Shown here: positions 35,418 to 44,998 of the stretch, piece by piece
Position numbering within the stretch: position 1 is the stretch's first letter
Layout of the letters: every line of letters begins with the position of its first letter
Assembly (NCBI GenBank): GCA_035249925.1
Contig: DATFFR010000014.1
Span: 5,531 to 69,530 of the forward strand
Reading direction: 5' to 3'
Length of the DNA stretch: 64,000 bases
Origin: Actinomycetota bacterium
GTDB taxonomy: Bacteria > Actinomycetota > CADDZG01 > WHSQ01
The notes under the pieces: model-generated
The model's input: only the letters and a program-made list of their open reading frames with translations
Database searches by the model: none
Told to the model about the DNA's origin: nothing
Made by a program: the position numbers and the translations under genes

Positions 35418-35475
35418 TTCACGTTAGACGCGGCCTGTGACAGAAAAGTCTTCGATCCGATGGCCGACAGACCGG

Positions 35476-35922
35476 TTAGATGCCGGATACGTCTGGAGGC
35501 TCCTCATGTGGACGTCGAAGTCGTCGACGTCGTCCGCGACGCTCGGCTGGCAGGCTGCCTTCGATCTCGTGCCCTAGGTGCCTGTCGACAACTTTCCGTA
35601 AATACCGAACTTCCTCCTTAAGCACGAGAGCAGGGTCTCGGCCGTCGGCGAGGATGATCGCCTCGATAAGGGCGTCAACAGTTGGGGGGGGATCTTGTAT
35701 GAGACGCTCGCGCTCCTCCGGCGAGTCAAACTCCGCGAAGCCATGTACAACGACGAGGTCGTATAGAAGTCGTTCCATGTTGAGGTTCTTCATGTCCGGA
35801 TCGGGCATCCTCTCAAAGGCTATTCCTCGTCCTGAGACCTCCCGAACGGCGCAGGCCCGCCGAGATCCCTCTCTGCCGGCAAAGGCCAACCTGAGGGCTA
35901 CAGCCTTCCTTTTCGTCTCCAA
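35476..35922 (-). CDS. Hypothetical protein (islet cargo)
   Basis: 148-aa ORF. The internal part, MERLLYDLVVVHGFAEFDSPEERERLIQDPPPTVDALIEAIILADGRDP, looks protein-like, whereas both termini are Arg-rich. The start is uncertain. Confidence 0.4.
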   Translation of the reverse strand: METKRKAVALRLAFAGREGSRRACAVREVSGRGIAFERMPDPDMKNLNMERLLYDLVVVHGFAEFDSPEERERLIQDPPPTVDALIEAIILADGRDPALVLKEEVRYLRKVVDRHLGHEIEGSLPAERRGRRRRLRRPHEEPPDVSGI

Positions 35923-35999
35923 CGTTAGGGATTTGTTGGGTCAAATCAACACGCCGAATGGATCGGCCGAGAACATGCACTTTGACCTGGGCTTTTTAG

Positions 36000-36072
36000 T
36001 GGACCAGAGGAGATTCGAACTCCTGACCTCACCCGTGCGAGGGGTGCGCTCTACCAACTGAGCTACTGGCCC
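36000..36072 (-). tRNA. tRNA-Ala (anticodon CGC)
   Basis: The reverse complement folds as GGGCCAG-UA-GCUC-AGUUGGUA-GAGC-G-CACCC-CUCGCAC-GGGUG-AGGUC-AGGAG-UUCGAAU-CUCCU-CUGGUCC-A. The G3:U70 Ala identity pair is present. CCA is not encoded. Confidence 0.93.
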
Positions 36073-36108
36073 GCGGAACGAGCCATCCTAATCGGCCCGG
36101 CGAAGCGC

Positions 36109-36654
36109 CTACGGGCGGCGCGCGGCCTTGCGCGCGGCCCGAGCGTCCTGGCGCTCGTACTTACGGCGCGCCCTGATCGACTCCATGTGCTCCACGTCCT
36201 CGCGACTCGAGTTCGTCAGAAGCAAGGCAACGATCCCGATGTTGGTCAGCCCGACGGCCAGGCCCAGCTTCGCCCCCTCCGCAGGAGGATCTGCGAACAA
36301 TCCCTGGGACGACGCGGCCAACGCGATGAGGCCGAGCATGGCGAAGACGACGATCGTGGCGTGATGGGCGCCCTCACGTCGCCGGAACACGCCCGCGGCC
36401 AAGGTGAGCGCCAGGACGGATAGCCCCAGCATCATCCCGGCCCCGATGATGGCGTATGTCCGCACCTGACGCGGGCCACCGTCACTCAACCCGGTGACGA
36501 TGAGAGCGTGCTGGAGCTCCTCGTCGGCAGCGGATGGGTTGGATGCGAGCTCCACGAGATCGAATCCGTTGATCACGAACGGGATGCATACGAGCATCAT
36601 GAGCGCGGCCGCCACTATGGTCGTCGTCGGGCGGGGACGCTCCTCATGCATCAC
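36109..36654 (-). CDS. Hypothetical membrane protein (4 TM)
   Basis: 181 aa with four hydrophobic helices and a basic C-terminal tail. Confidence 0.65.
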   Translation of the reverse strand: MMHEERPRPTTTIVAAALMMLVCIPFVINGFDLVELASNPSAADEELQHALIVTGLSDGGPRQVRTYAIIGAGMMLGLSVLALTLAAGVFRRREGAHHATIVVFAMLGLIALAASSQGLFADPPAEGAKLGLAVGLTNIGIVALLLTNSSREDVEHMESIRARRKYERQDARAARKAARRP

Positions 36655-36688
36655 GGCTCAAAGGTTACGTGCGGATAGGGTCGCTCGC

Positions 36689-37168
36689 ATGACTCGATAC
36701 CGGTGGATGGCGGTTCTGGCCACACTCATGTTGTTGCTGGTCGCGTGTGGGGAAGAAGGCGAGGGGGCTAACGAGACCCAAGACGACGAGCCCGTCGCCG
36801 CAGCCCCGGCGGACGGTGAATGCGAGGAGGGCGCAGTGATCGAAAGCGAAACCGGTCTGACCTACGAAGAGGTCGAATGTGGAGATGGTGACGAAGCCGC
36901 ACGTGGGGACAGCGTCACGGTGAAGTACGTCGGCAAGCTCGAGAACGGCGAAGAGTTCGACTCGGGAACGCTGCCGCCGTTCCAGCTCGGCACGGGTGGA
37001 GTGATCGCCGGATTCGACGAGGGGCTAACGGGGATGAGCGTGGGCGGCAAGCGCATCCTCACGATCCCGCCGGAGCTCGGCTACGGGCCACAGGGAAGCC
37101 CACCGGTCATCCCGCCGAACGCCACCTTGATCTTCGACGTCGAGCTGCTCGAGGTGGCGAAGGGCTAA
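36689..37168 (+). CDS. FKBP-type peptidyl-prolyl cis-trans isomerase lipoprotein
   Basis: Lipobox LLLVAC, then GDSVTVKYVGKLENGEEFDS...FQLGTGGVIAGFDEGLTGMSVGGKRILTIPPELGYG...LIFDVELLEV. Confidence 0.88.
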   Translation: MTRYRWMAVLATLMLLLVACGEEGEGANETQDDEPVAAAPADGECEEGAVIESETGLTYEEVECGDGDEAARGDSVTVKYVGKLENGEEFDSGTLPPFQLGTGGVIAGFDEGLTGMSVGGKRILTIPPELGYGPQGSPPVIPPNATLIFDVELLEVAKG

Positions 37169-37180
37169 ACGCGGCGCCTG

Positions 37181-38725
37181 CTAGATCCAGCACCACCCGT
37201 CGGGCGGCAGGTCGTCGTTGGAACCGGTCGTGAAGGTAGTGCGCACGACGGTGGACCGGGATTGCGTCTCTGTGACAAGCGCGGTCGAAGGTTCCCCCGA
37301 GGGTTTGTCGCAGTTGTCGAAGATCCAGATGCGTTTGTCCCACTGCGGTTGCGGGAGTGGGACCTTGGCGAGCAGCGGGTAGTAGAAGGCGAAGAACCAG
37401 ATCGCCGCCCCACTGAACAGGACGACCGTCGCGGCGGCTTCCCAGGACCTGCCCAACCGCGACGCGATGTAGCCGAGAGCCAGACACATGAACGGGACCG
37501 TGGGCAACAGATAAAACATGAACACGGCGGCGCGCTCGGACAACAGACCCGACGCGAGCCAGGGCACGTAGGTGAAGACGAAGCCGGCGAGGATCACGCC
37601 CTCCGGCCCCCATGGATCGCGTTTCCAGGCCCATCGCGCCGCGACCACCAGGAGGGCCAGGATCGAGGTCCACCAGACGAACGGGCTCCCCGAGGCGAAG
37701 ATCTCTTTGTAGTCCCCGTTCTCGTCCGTCTCGAAGAAGTAGCTGACCGGTCTTTTCAACGCCAGCCACGACCACGCCGGCGATTGGTACGAGTGGTTGC
37801 TCGTTAGGTCCTTGTGGAAATCGAGCATGCACTGTTGCTGCTGGACCAGGCGGACGGCCCATGCGCCTTTTCGATCGGGGCACAGGTCGTCCGGGCCCGG
37901 GAGCCGGCCGATGTACGTGAACGTGTAGACGAGGACCGGCACGACGATGAGCCACACGACGATCGACGCCCCCTCCCGCGTGAAGGTTCGCAGGAAGCGA
38001 CGGGGCTCCTCGAGCTCCCGGCGCCGTCTTATCTCCCACACCACCGATAGCACCAGCGCCAGCACGATGAAGAAGGCCCCCGACCATTTCGCGGCGACCG
38101 CGCATCCGGCCGTGATGCCGGCGGCGATCCGCCAGGGGCGCTCGAGCAGCCGTATCGGTCCGCGCAGCGGTTCTCGTTCGACCAGTAAGGAGTCGCGGTC
38201 GTAGACCAAGAACAGGACGGTGGCGACTCCGAACAGCGGTACGAAGATGTCCAGCATCGCTATGCGCGACTCCACGAAGTGCAAGAGGTCGATCGCGAGC
38301 AGGCCCGAAGCCAGGGCCGCCCCGATGGTGGATCCCAGTAGCTTGCGCGCGAGGAGATACAACAACGCGACCGTGATGATCCCGGCCACGGCCGCCGAGA
38401 TCCGCCAGCCGAAAGAGTCGTAACCGAACAGCCGAACCCCCAGAGCGATCAGCCACTTGCCCAGCGGTGGATGGACGAGGGTCGACTCGATGTCGATGCC
38501 GCACAGATTGGGCGATGAGTTGACGTACCAGCACGCGTCCTTCGCGTAGTAGGTCTCGTCGAAGACCAGTTCCTTGGGGTCGTCCAACCGCACCAGGCGC
38601 AACACCGCGGCCGCGATCGTGATCGCGGTCAGCGCGAACGTGTCGGCTCTGCTCCACGAGGGTGCCGGGGCCTCCGGGGATGGTTCCTCAACAGGATGTG
38701 AGTCGGCCCCCTCGATCTCCTCCAC
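37181..38725 (-). CDS. pmt: Protein O-mannosyltransferase (GT39, PMT family)
   Basis: VFDETYYAKDA and HPPLGKWLIALG motifs in a polytopic membrane protein of 514 aa. Confidence 0.88.
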   Translation of the reverse strand: MEEIEGADSHPVEEPSPEAPAPSWSRADTFALTAITIAAAVLRLVRLDDPKELVFDETYYAKDACWYVNSSPNLCGIDIESTLVHPPLGKWLIALGVRLFGYDSFGWRISAAVAGIITVALLYLLARKLLGSTIGAALASGLLAIDLLHFVESRIAMLDIFVPLFGVATVLFLVYDRDSLLVEREPLRGPIRLLERPWRIAAGITAGCAVAAKWSGAFFIVLALVLSVVWEIRRRRELEEPRRFLRTFTREGASIVVWLIVVPVLVYTFTYIGRLPGPDDLCPDRKGAWAVRLVQQQQCMLDFHKDLTSNHSYQSPAWSWLALKRPVSYFFETDENGDYKEIFASGSPFVWWTSILALLVVAARWAWKRDPWGPEGVILAGFVFTYVPWLASGLLSERAAVFMFYLLPTVPFMCLALGYIASRLGRSWEAAATVVLFSGAAIWFFAFYYPLLAKVPLPQPQWDKRIWIFDNCDKPSGEPSTALVTETQSRSTVVRTTFTTGSNDDLPPDGWCWI

Positions 38726-38961
38726 GGCTGGTCAGCATAATGGTGGCCCTCCCGACTTTCTCTCGTGCGTACCGGCGGCGAAGCCGCGGCGCCGGCCTGT
38801 GTTGTCGGTCGCGAACGCACCTTTCGGGTGCGCCCGCTTCCTGCCTCCTTGGCCGACTTGCGTGTCGCGCTCCGTTGTGCGACTCAAAGCATCGGGAGGA
38901 CCACTAGTCTCGGGCGTTCTGCATCGACCGGGCAACGACGTGAAGGGAGCGGGCGAAGCCG

Positions 38962-40500
38962 ATGAGGACGCTGGCGGCGGGGAGTCGCGCCCTAAGGCGA
39001 ACGCCTATCGCGATCCTGCCGATGGCCGCGGAGAGCGTCGTTGCCGGCGCTCTTGTGACGTTCGGTGCGTTTCCGAGGGGGGCGGAGAGCGCGATCGCCG
39101 GCGCGGCGTTTCCCCTGAACGTCTACTTCGATGTGAAACAGGGCCTCGCATTCGCGTCGTCGTGGGCGATGCTCGTTGCTGCGCTTCTCATCAGCTTCCT
39201 GGTCCGCGGCGGCGTCCTCGCCGGCACCATCTGGCTGGCCGAGGAGCGACGCGGCTCGCTCGCCGCGGCATGGGGACGCGGCGCGTCGTTGGCGGGGATC
39301 GCGGCCGCGGCGGTGACACCGGCGGTCGTGTTCATGTACCTCGGCGTGGCGGTTCGGTATGCCCCGTTCATCTGGCTCGGCGCGCTGGCTGGTGTGCCCG
39401 CCGCGGTCGCTCTGGCTCGCAAGGGTGCAGGTTTGGACTCGGGTGAGGGCCGGCCGCGCGGCTCGGGCGTGCCGGAGGCGCCGGCGTTCCTGGCATACGC
39501 CTACGTCCTGTGCGCGCTGGGGGCTGCGATGTCGACGCTCGACCGGTTAACACCGATCCTTGCAGGCGTCCTCCTCGCCTGCGTCGGACCCCTGCACGCC
39601 ATGTTCCTGCTCGGCTGGCGCGAGCACCTGCGGGCCGAGACATTCCCGGGCGGTGGAACGACCGCGATGGTGGCGACCGCTGTGGCTCTCGTTCTCTTCA
39701 CGGGCTCGGTGACCTACGACCGCGCGATCCGGAACCCCTCTCCTGTCGGTACGGCCGACGCGCCGGGAGCGTTGCTGTTGTTGGGAGGAGCGGACTCGAC
39801 CTCGAAGACCGGTTCTCTCACCGAGCTCGACCCGCGCGACATCGGCTTCGACCGGGAGTCGACGGTGCTGCTCTCGTACGCCGGGGCGGGGGAGCCGTAC
39901 AAGGCATCGGACACGCGCGAGGATCTGGACGGCATCGCTCGCCTCGTCGCGCAACAGGTGGAGATGGCCGAGACGCCTCGCCTTTTACTCGGTCACTCAC
40001 AGGCAGCGCTGATCCTGGATCGGATGATCATCCGTGGACTGCCGGCCCCCGATCGCTCAGTCGTGGTCGCGCCCCCTCCACCGGTGCCCCCTCCGATGCG
40101 GATCGCCGACCGGGGCGCGTCCGGAGAGGGCGCGGTCGGAGGCGCGGTCGCGCGTGCGGTGGCATCTGTCTTCGACGCGGTCGGGCTGACCGCGTTCGAT
40201 GTCGATGCATCGGCGTCGCCCACGAACCTGCGGCCGATCGTAGTGATCGACAGGAAGGTGTCGCGGGTGTCGGTCTGGGCCCTCGGTGACTCGGTCTGGC
40301 TGGATACAGACTGGCGACGTCCCGGCGAGGTGAACCTGGTGGCGATGACCGATCACGTCGGGTCGATAAATAACGGACGTACCCTCGACGCGGCGCGCTC
40401 GTTCCTGCTGGGCCGAGCCGTAAACGGCGATGAGGTCTCGTGGCGCGGTTTCCTCGTGTCGTTGATGAGATATTCGTTCGAGCCATGGCGACCGGGGTAG
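38962..40500 (+). CDS. Membrane protein with C-terminal alpha/beta-hydrolase-like domain
   Basis: About 6 TM segments N-terminally. The C-terminal region contains LLLGHSQAALILD (a GxSxG-type nucleophile elbow). Confidence 0.6.
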   Translation: MRTLAAGSRALRRTPIAILPMAAESVVAGALVTFGAFPRGAESAIAGAAFPLNVYFDVKQGLAFASSWAMLVAALLISFLVRGGVLAGTIWLAEERRGSLAAAWGRGASLAGIAAAAVTPAVVFMYLGVAVRYAPFIWLGALAGVPAAVALARKGAGLDSGEGRPRGSGVPEAPAFLAYAYVLCALGAAMSTLDRLTPILAGVLLACVGPLHAMFLLGWREHLRAETFPGGGTTAMVATAVALVLFTGSVTYDRAIRNPSPVGTADAPGALLLLGGADSTSKTGSLTELDPRDIGFDRESTVLLSYAGAGEPYKASDTREDLDGIARLVAQQVEMAETPRLLLGHSQAALILDRMIIRGLPAPDRSVVVAPPPPVPPPMRIADRGASGEGAVGGAVARAVASVFDAVGLTAFDVDASASPTNLRPIVVIDRKVSRVSVWALGDSVWLDTDWRRPGEVNLVAMTDHVGSINNGRTLDAARSFLLGRAVNGDEVSWRGFLVSLMRYSFEPWRPG

Positions 40501-40519
40501 GTGCACTGTTAACGGAAGG

Positions 40520-41341
40520 CTGATCCTCTGCGCGACCCCTATCGGGAATCTCGAGGACGTGACGATCCGGTCCCTGCGCGTCCTGGGTGAAGCAGACGTC
40601 GTCGCATGCGAGGACACCAGGCGAACCCGCAAGCTGCTCTCCCATCACGGCGTCCAGGTCGGGCGCCTCGTGGTTTACAACGACACGAACGAGCGCCGTA
40701 GATCAGCCGAGTTGATGGGGAAGATCACGGCGGGAGCTACCGTCGTTCTGGTGTCGGACGCCGGCATGCCCGGACTGTCCGATCCCGGGTATCGCCTGGT
40801 GAGGGCATGCGCAGAGGCAGGTCTTCCCGTAGAAGTGGTCCCCGGACCGACCGCGGCTATCAGCGCACTCGCTCTATCCGGGTTACCGCCCGCGCGCTTC
40901 GTGTTCGAGGGCTTCCTCCCGCGGAAAACGTCCGATAGGAGACACCGCATCGAGGAGTTGACCGACGAGAAGCGGACCCTGGTCTTCTACGAATCGCCGC
41001 ACCGCGTGATCGCGACGCTGGAGGACCTTGCCAGCTTGTTCGGTCCCCGTCCGGCCGCACTGGCCCGCGAGCTGACCAAGATGCACGAAGAGGTCCGCAG
41101 GGGCACGCTCGAGGAGCTGGCGGAGGGATCGAGGCTGGATCCACCGCGCGGCGAGATCGTCCTGGTCGTCGGCGGAGCCCTAAAAAGAGAGCGAGCCATC
41201 GACGCCCGGGCTCTCGCGACCGAGGCGAGAGAGCTCATGGAGCTGGGGATGGAGCGACGCGAGGCGTTGCAGAAGGTGGCGCGACGCGCGGGCGTTCCGA
41301 GGCGCGCCGTTTTCGACGCGTTGGTGGAAGAAGAAACCTAG
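40520..41341 (+). CDS. rsmI: 16S rRNA (cytidine1402-2'-O)-methyltransferase
   Basis: LILCATPIGNLEDVTIRSLRVLGEADVVACEDTRRTRKLL... The conserved PIGNL box lies upstream of the first ATG/GTG/TTG (40559). The frame is open from 40469, and CTG 40520 is given as a provisional start. Confidence 0.8.
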   Translation: MILCATPIGNLEDVTIRSLRVLGEADVVACEDTRRTRKLLSHHGVQVGRLVVYNDTNERRRSAELMGKITAGATVVLVSDAGMPGLSDPGYRLVRACAEAGLPVEVVPGPTAAISALALSGLPPARFVFEGFLPRKTSDRRHRIEELTDEKRTLVFYESPHRVIATLEDLASLFGPRPAALARELTKMHEEVRRGTLEELAEGSRLDPPRGEIVLVVGGALKRERAIDARALATEARELMELGMERREALQKVARRAGVPRRAVFDALVEEET

Positions 41342-41625
41342 AGGGGAGACGTCTCCACGTCGGGGATCCGAACCTCGCGGCGGCCCCGCTGGCCCACCTC
41401 GCCGGCACAGTTCTCGCAGACCCTGCGACCCATGTGCTCGACGCTGGGCTCCTCGGCCCCGCAGAACAAGCACAGGTCCCTGCGCTTCTGGAGGATGACC
41501 CGCTCGCCGTCGACGCTGATCTCGAGCTCGTCGCCCTCGCGGATGCCGAAAACCTTACGCAGCTCGGAGGGAAGAACGATGCGCCCGAGCTCGTCGATCT
41601 TGCGAACTACGCCGGTAGACTTCAT
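41338..41625 (-). CDS. AbrB/MazE/SpoVT-family DNA-binding protein with C-terminal Cys-rich extension
   Basis: MKSTGVVRKIDELGRIVLPSELRKVFGIREGDELEISVDGERVILQK is a SpoVT-AbrB swapped-hairpin domain. It is followed by CLFCG...CENC. Its stop shares CTAG with the convergent rsmI stop. Confidence 0.8.
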   Translation of the reverse strand: MKSTGVVRKIDELGRIVLPSELRKVFGIREGDELEISVDGERVILQKRRDLCLFCGAEEPSVEHMGRRVCENCAGEVGQRGRREVRIPDVETSPL

Positions 41626-41762
41626 CTCTTGCCCCCTGTTAGCTGGTAAGTCCTGGATAACGTATTCCCCGGTCTGCACCCAGTCAAGCACACTGGGGCA
41701 AAGCGCCCGAACCAGACACCGGATCAAGCTCAGTCGATCGAAAACAGGAGCCCGGCTCGAGA

Positions 41763-43310
41763 GTGAGTGCCGACACGTTCTACCTCACCACGCCGATCTA
41801 CTACGTGAACGACGTCCCTCACCTGGGACATGCCTACACGACGGTGGCCTCCGACGTCATCTGCCGCTTCCGACGGATGCAGGGCCGGAAGGTGCATTTC
41901 CTTACCGGGACCGACGAGCACGGCGAGAAGATCCTGCGCACCGCTCAGGCCAAGGGCTTGTCGCCGAAGGAGTGGACCGACCAGATAGTGCCGCGTTGGA
42001 CGGAGGTATGGAAGGCGCTCGACATCTCGAACGACGACTTCATCAGGACCACCGAGGCGCGCCACGAAGGCCCCGTTCAGAAGTTCGTGCAGGCGCTGTA
42101 CGACCGCGGCGACATCTATCTCGGCACCTACAAGGGCCTCTACTGCGTCGGCTGCGAAGCGTTCAAGGTCGAGGACGAGCTTGTCGACGGCAAGTGCCCT
42201 CTTCACGGCACCGAGCCCGACGTGATCGAGGAGGACAACTACTTCTTCCGCCTCTCTAACTACGCCGACCGCTTGATCGAGCTGTACGAGGGCGGCGAGT
42301 TCGTGCTGCCGGAGTCTCGGAGCAACGAGGTGCTCGGCAAGGTCCGCCAGGGCCTCGAGGACCTCTCCATCTCGCGCGTCAGCTTCGATTGGGGGATCCC
42401 GGTGCCGTGGGACGAGAAGCACGTGATCTACGTCTGGGTGGATGCGCTGCAGAACTACATCACCGCGGTGGGGTACGGCCAGGACGAGACGCGGTTCTCG
42501 GAGGTCTGGCCCGCCGACATCCACATGATCGGCAAGGACATCCTGTGGTTCCACTCGGTGATCTGGCCGGCCATGTTGATGGCGCTTGACATGCCGCTGC
42601 CTAAGACGGTGTTCGCGCACGGATACCTACAGGTGGGCGGCGAGAAGATGAGTAAGAGCAAGCTCACCGGCATCTCTCCACACGACCTGATAGAGACCTT
42701 CGGCTCCGACGGTTACCGCTATTACTTCGTGCGCGAGATCTCGTTCGGCCAGGACGGCAACTTCTCGTGGGAGTCGATGGTCGACCGCTACAACTCCGAT
42801 CTCGCAAACGACTTCGGCAACCTTGCGTCGCGCGTTCTCTCGATGGTCGACCGCTACCTCGACGGCACGCTGCCGGAGCCTCCCCAGGAGGCCGAGCTGA
42901 CCGACGCGGAGCAGCAGCTCATCGGCGCGCACGAGAAGGCCCTGTCGCACATGGAGAACGCGATGGATCAGATCAAGCCTCACCAGGCGTGCAAGGCCGC
43001 GTGGTCGTTCGTGCGGAAGGCGAACGCGTACGTCGAGGAGGTCACTCCGTGGGCGCTGGCCAAAGATCCGGCGCAGAAGCGCCGGCTCGAGATCGTTCTG
43101 TACATGCTTGCGGATTCGTTGCGACAGCTGGCGTTGATCACGTCTCCGTTCGTTCCGCGCGCGGCCCAGGAGCTGTGGCGGCGTCTGGGGCTGCAAGGTG
43201 ACGTCGAGCGCCGGAGCTTCCCCACGGACGGCGGCTGGGGCAGGCTGAGCGCGGGTTCGCGCGTCGAGACCGGGCAGCCACTCTTCCCCCGTCTCGAGAC
43301 CGAGGCCTGA
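41763..43310 (+). CDS. metG: Methionine--tRNA ligase
   Basis: The YYVNDVPHLGHAYT (HIGH-type) and KMSKS motifs are both present. Confidence 0.95.
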   Translation: MSADTFYLTTPIYYVNDVPHLGHAYTTVASDVICRFRRMQGRKVHFLTGTDEHGEKILRTAQAKGLSPKEWTDQIVPRWTEVWKALDISNDDFIRTTEARHEGPVQKFVQALYDRGDIYLGTYKGLYCVGCEAFKVEDELVDGKCPLHGTEPDVIEEDNYFFRLSNYADRLIELYEGGEFVLPESRSNEVLGKVRQGLEDLSISRVSFDWGIPVPWDEKHVIYVWVDALQNYITAVGYGQDETRFSEVWPADIHMIGKDILWFHSVIWPAMLMALDMPLPKTVFAHGYLQVGGEKMSKSKLTGISPHDLIETFGSDGYRYYFVREISFGQDGNFSWESMVDRYNSDLANDFGNLASRVLSMVDRYLDGTLPEPPQEAELTDAEQQLIGAHEKALSHMENAMDQIKPHQACKAAWSFVRKANAYVEEVTPWALAKDPAQKRRLEIVLYMLADSLRQLALITSPFVPRAAQELWRRLGLQGDVERRSFPTDGGWGRLSAGSRVETGQPLFPRLETEA

Positions 43311-43326
43311 GGCGACGCAGTCCGCC

Positions 43327-44085
43327 ATGTGGTTCGACTCGCACTGCCACATCCACCTGTGCGAGACGGGGACGTCCGCCGATGTGATCGAGAGGGCCGC
43401 GGCCGCCGGCGTCGCCGAGATGCTGACCGTGGGGATCGACGGTCCCTCGAACGAGCTTGCCGTGAGCCTTGCGGCAGATCCCCGCGTCTACGCCGCGGTT
43501 GGGATCCATCCGAACTCCGCCGATGAGCTGGACGACGCGGCGGCCGAGGTCCTCGAGGGCTCGCTCACGTCGGACCGCGTCGTTGCGGTCGGCGAGACGG
43601 GCCTGGACTTCTATCGGGACCGCGTTCCGGCCGATATCCAGCGTCGCGCCTTCGCGTTCCACATCCAGCTCGCCAAGCGATACGACAAGGCTTTGATAAT
43701 CCACACGCGCGACAGCATCGACGAAGCGATCCAGCTGCTCGGTCGCGAGAAACCCCCCGAGCGTTTCGTCTTCCACTGCTGGTCGGGCGATGCGATCCAG
43801 CTGCGACGGGCACTCGAGCTGGGCGCCCATATCTCGTTCGCCGGGAACGTCTCGTTCAACAGCGCGCAGGACCTACGCGACCGCGCCTCGCAGGTGCCGG
43901 CGGACCGGCTGCTCGTGGAGACGGATTCGCCCTATCTCACCCCCGCCCCTCACCGCGGCGATCCGAACGAGCCGGCAAACGTCGTGCACGTCGGGGCCGC
44001 CGTGGCAGGGGCTCGAGAGAAGGATCCCACCGAGCTTGCCGAGCTGACGACCGCGAACGCGCGCAGCTTCTTTGGCCTCGCCTGA
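43327..44085 (+). CDS. tatD: TatD-family metal-dependent hydrolase
   Basis: MWFDSHCHI...GETGLDFYR...IIHTRD...FHCWSG...ETDSPYL. Confidence 0.9.
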   Translation: MWFDSHCHIHLCETGTSADVIERAAAAGVAEMLTVGIDGPSNELAVSLAADPRVYAAVGIHPNSADELDDAAAEVLEGSLTSDRVVAVGETGLDFYRDRVPADIQRRAFAFHIQLAKRYDKALIIHTRDSIDEAIQLLGREKPPERFVFHCWSGDAIQLRRALELGAHISFAGNVSFNSAQDLRDRASQVPADRLLVETDSPYLTPAPHRGDPNEPANVVHVGAAVAGAREKDPTELAELTTANARSFFGLA

Positions 44086-44923
44086 CGACGTGGCGCTCCT
44101 TGGAGCGCGCCGGCTGAGAGAGGCGCTCGACCGCCACGGCATCCGGCCGACCAAGACGCTGGGACAGAACTTCGTTATCGATCCCAACACGATCCGGAAG
44201 GTTGTCGCCGTCGCCGGCATCGGTCCCGAGGACCGCGTGCTCGAGATCGGAGCCGGGGCCGGTTCGCTGACGCTGGGGCTCGCGGCCGCCGCCGCGCATG
44301 TGATCGCGATCGAGTTCGACCGCAAGCTGGTGCCGGTGCTCGAAGAGATGCTCTCGCCCGTCGACAACGTCGAGGTCGTGGTCGCCGACGCCCTGGAGCT
44401 CGACCTGTCGACGATCGACGCCACCAAGCTGGTCGCCAATCTCCCCTACAACATCGCGGTACCCGTGGTCGTGAAAGTGCTCGAGGGGGCTCCCGGCATC
44501 GGGGAGATGGTCGTCATGACCCAACGCGAGGTCGGCGAGAGGATGGTTGCCGGACCGGGGACCAAGGCGTACGGCCAGGTCAGCCTCGTCGTTGGGTATT
44601 TCGCCACGGCCGAGGTGGCCGCGAGGGTGTCGCGCCGAGCCTTCTACCCGGTGCCCGGCGTGGACTCGGTGCTGGTCCGGATGGTCCGCCGTCGCCCGCC
44701 CGACGTGGATCCCGAACGCCTGTTCCCGGTGGTCCGCGCCGCCTTCTCCCAGCGTCGCAAGACTCTCAAGAACGCATTGACGAGCTCTGGCATCGCGGTC
44801 GACGACGACCATCTGGAGCAAGCGGGATTGGCGTCGGGCATCCGAGGCGAGCAGCTCGAGCTCGACGACTTCCTGCGTCTCGTCCGGCTTCTGGGCCCCC
44901 CCGCCGGGCCGCCAGGTGACTAG
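44072..44923 (+). CDS. rsmA: 16S rRNA (adenine1518/1519-N6)-dimethyltransferase
   Basis: LGQNFVIDPNTIRKV...VLEIGAGAGSLT...VANLPYNI. An alternative GTG start is at 44090. Confidence 0.92.
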   Translation: MASPDDVALLGARRLREALDRHGIRPTKTLGQNFVIDPNTIRKVVAVAGIGPEDRVLEIGAGAGSLTLGLAAAAAHVIAIEFDRKLVPVLEEMLSPVDNVEVVVADALELDLSTIDATKLVANLPYNIAVPVVVKVLEGAPGIGEMVVMTQREVGERMVAGPGTKAYGQVSLVVGYFATAEVAARVSRRAFYPVPGVDSVLVRMVRRRPPDVDPERLFPVVRAAFSQRRKTLKNALTSSGIAVDDDHLEQAGLASGIRGEQLELDDFLRLVRLLGPPAGPPGD

Positions 44924-44998
44924 ACCGTTAAGCGAGTTTGTTCCCGGACAAGAGGTATGCCCCTTCCCTAGCCGGGGGACCTGACCTATCTTGGGCTC

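Larger units (their letters stand above)
34375..36072. mobile_element. Degraded tRNA-Ala-integrated islet without integrase
   Basis: The intact tRNA at one end and its 44-bp 3'-half copy 1623 bp away bracket four minus-strand small ORFs: a toxin-antitoxin-like pair, a DUF222-like fragment and one hypothetical. By eye the DNA is more A/T-rich than its surroundings. No recombinase ORF is present. Confidence 0.55.

Noticed and set aside
34426-35999. Integrase/recombinase or excisionase gene inside the tRNA-Ala islet
   Set aside because: All six frames were inspected. There is no ORF over 150 aa and no R..H..R..Y-type or serine-recombinase motifs, and the plus-strand ORFs are antisense shadows.
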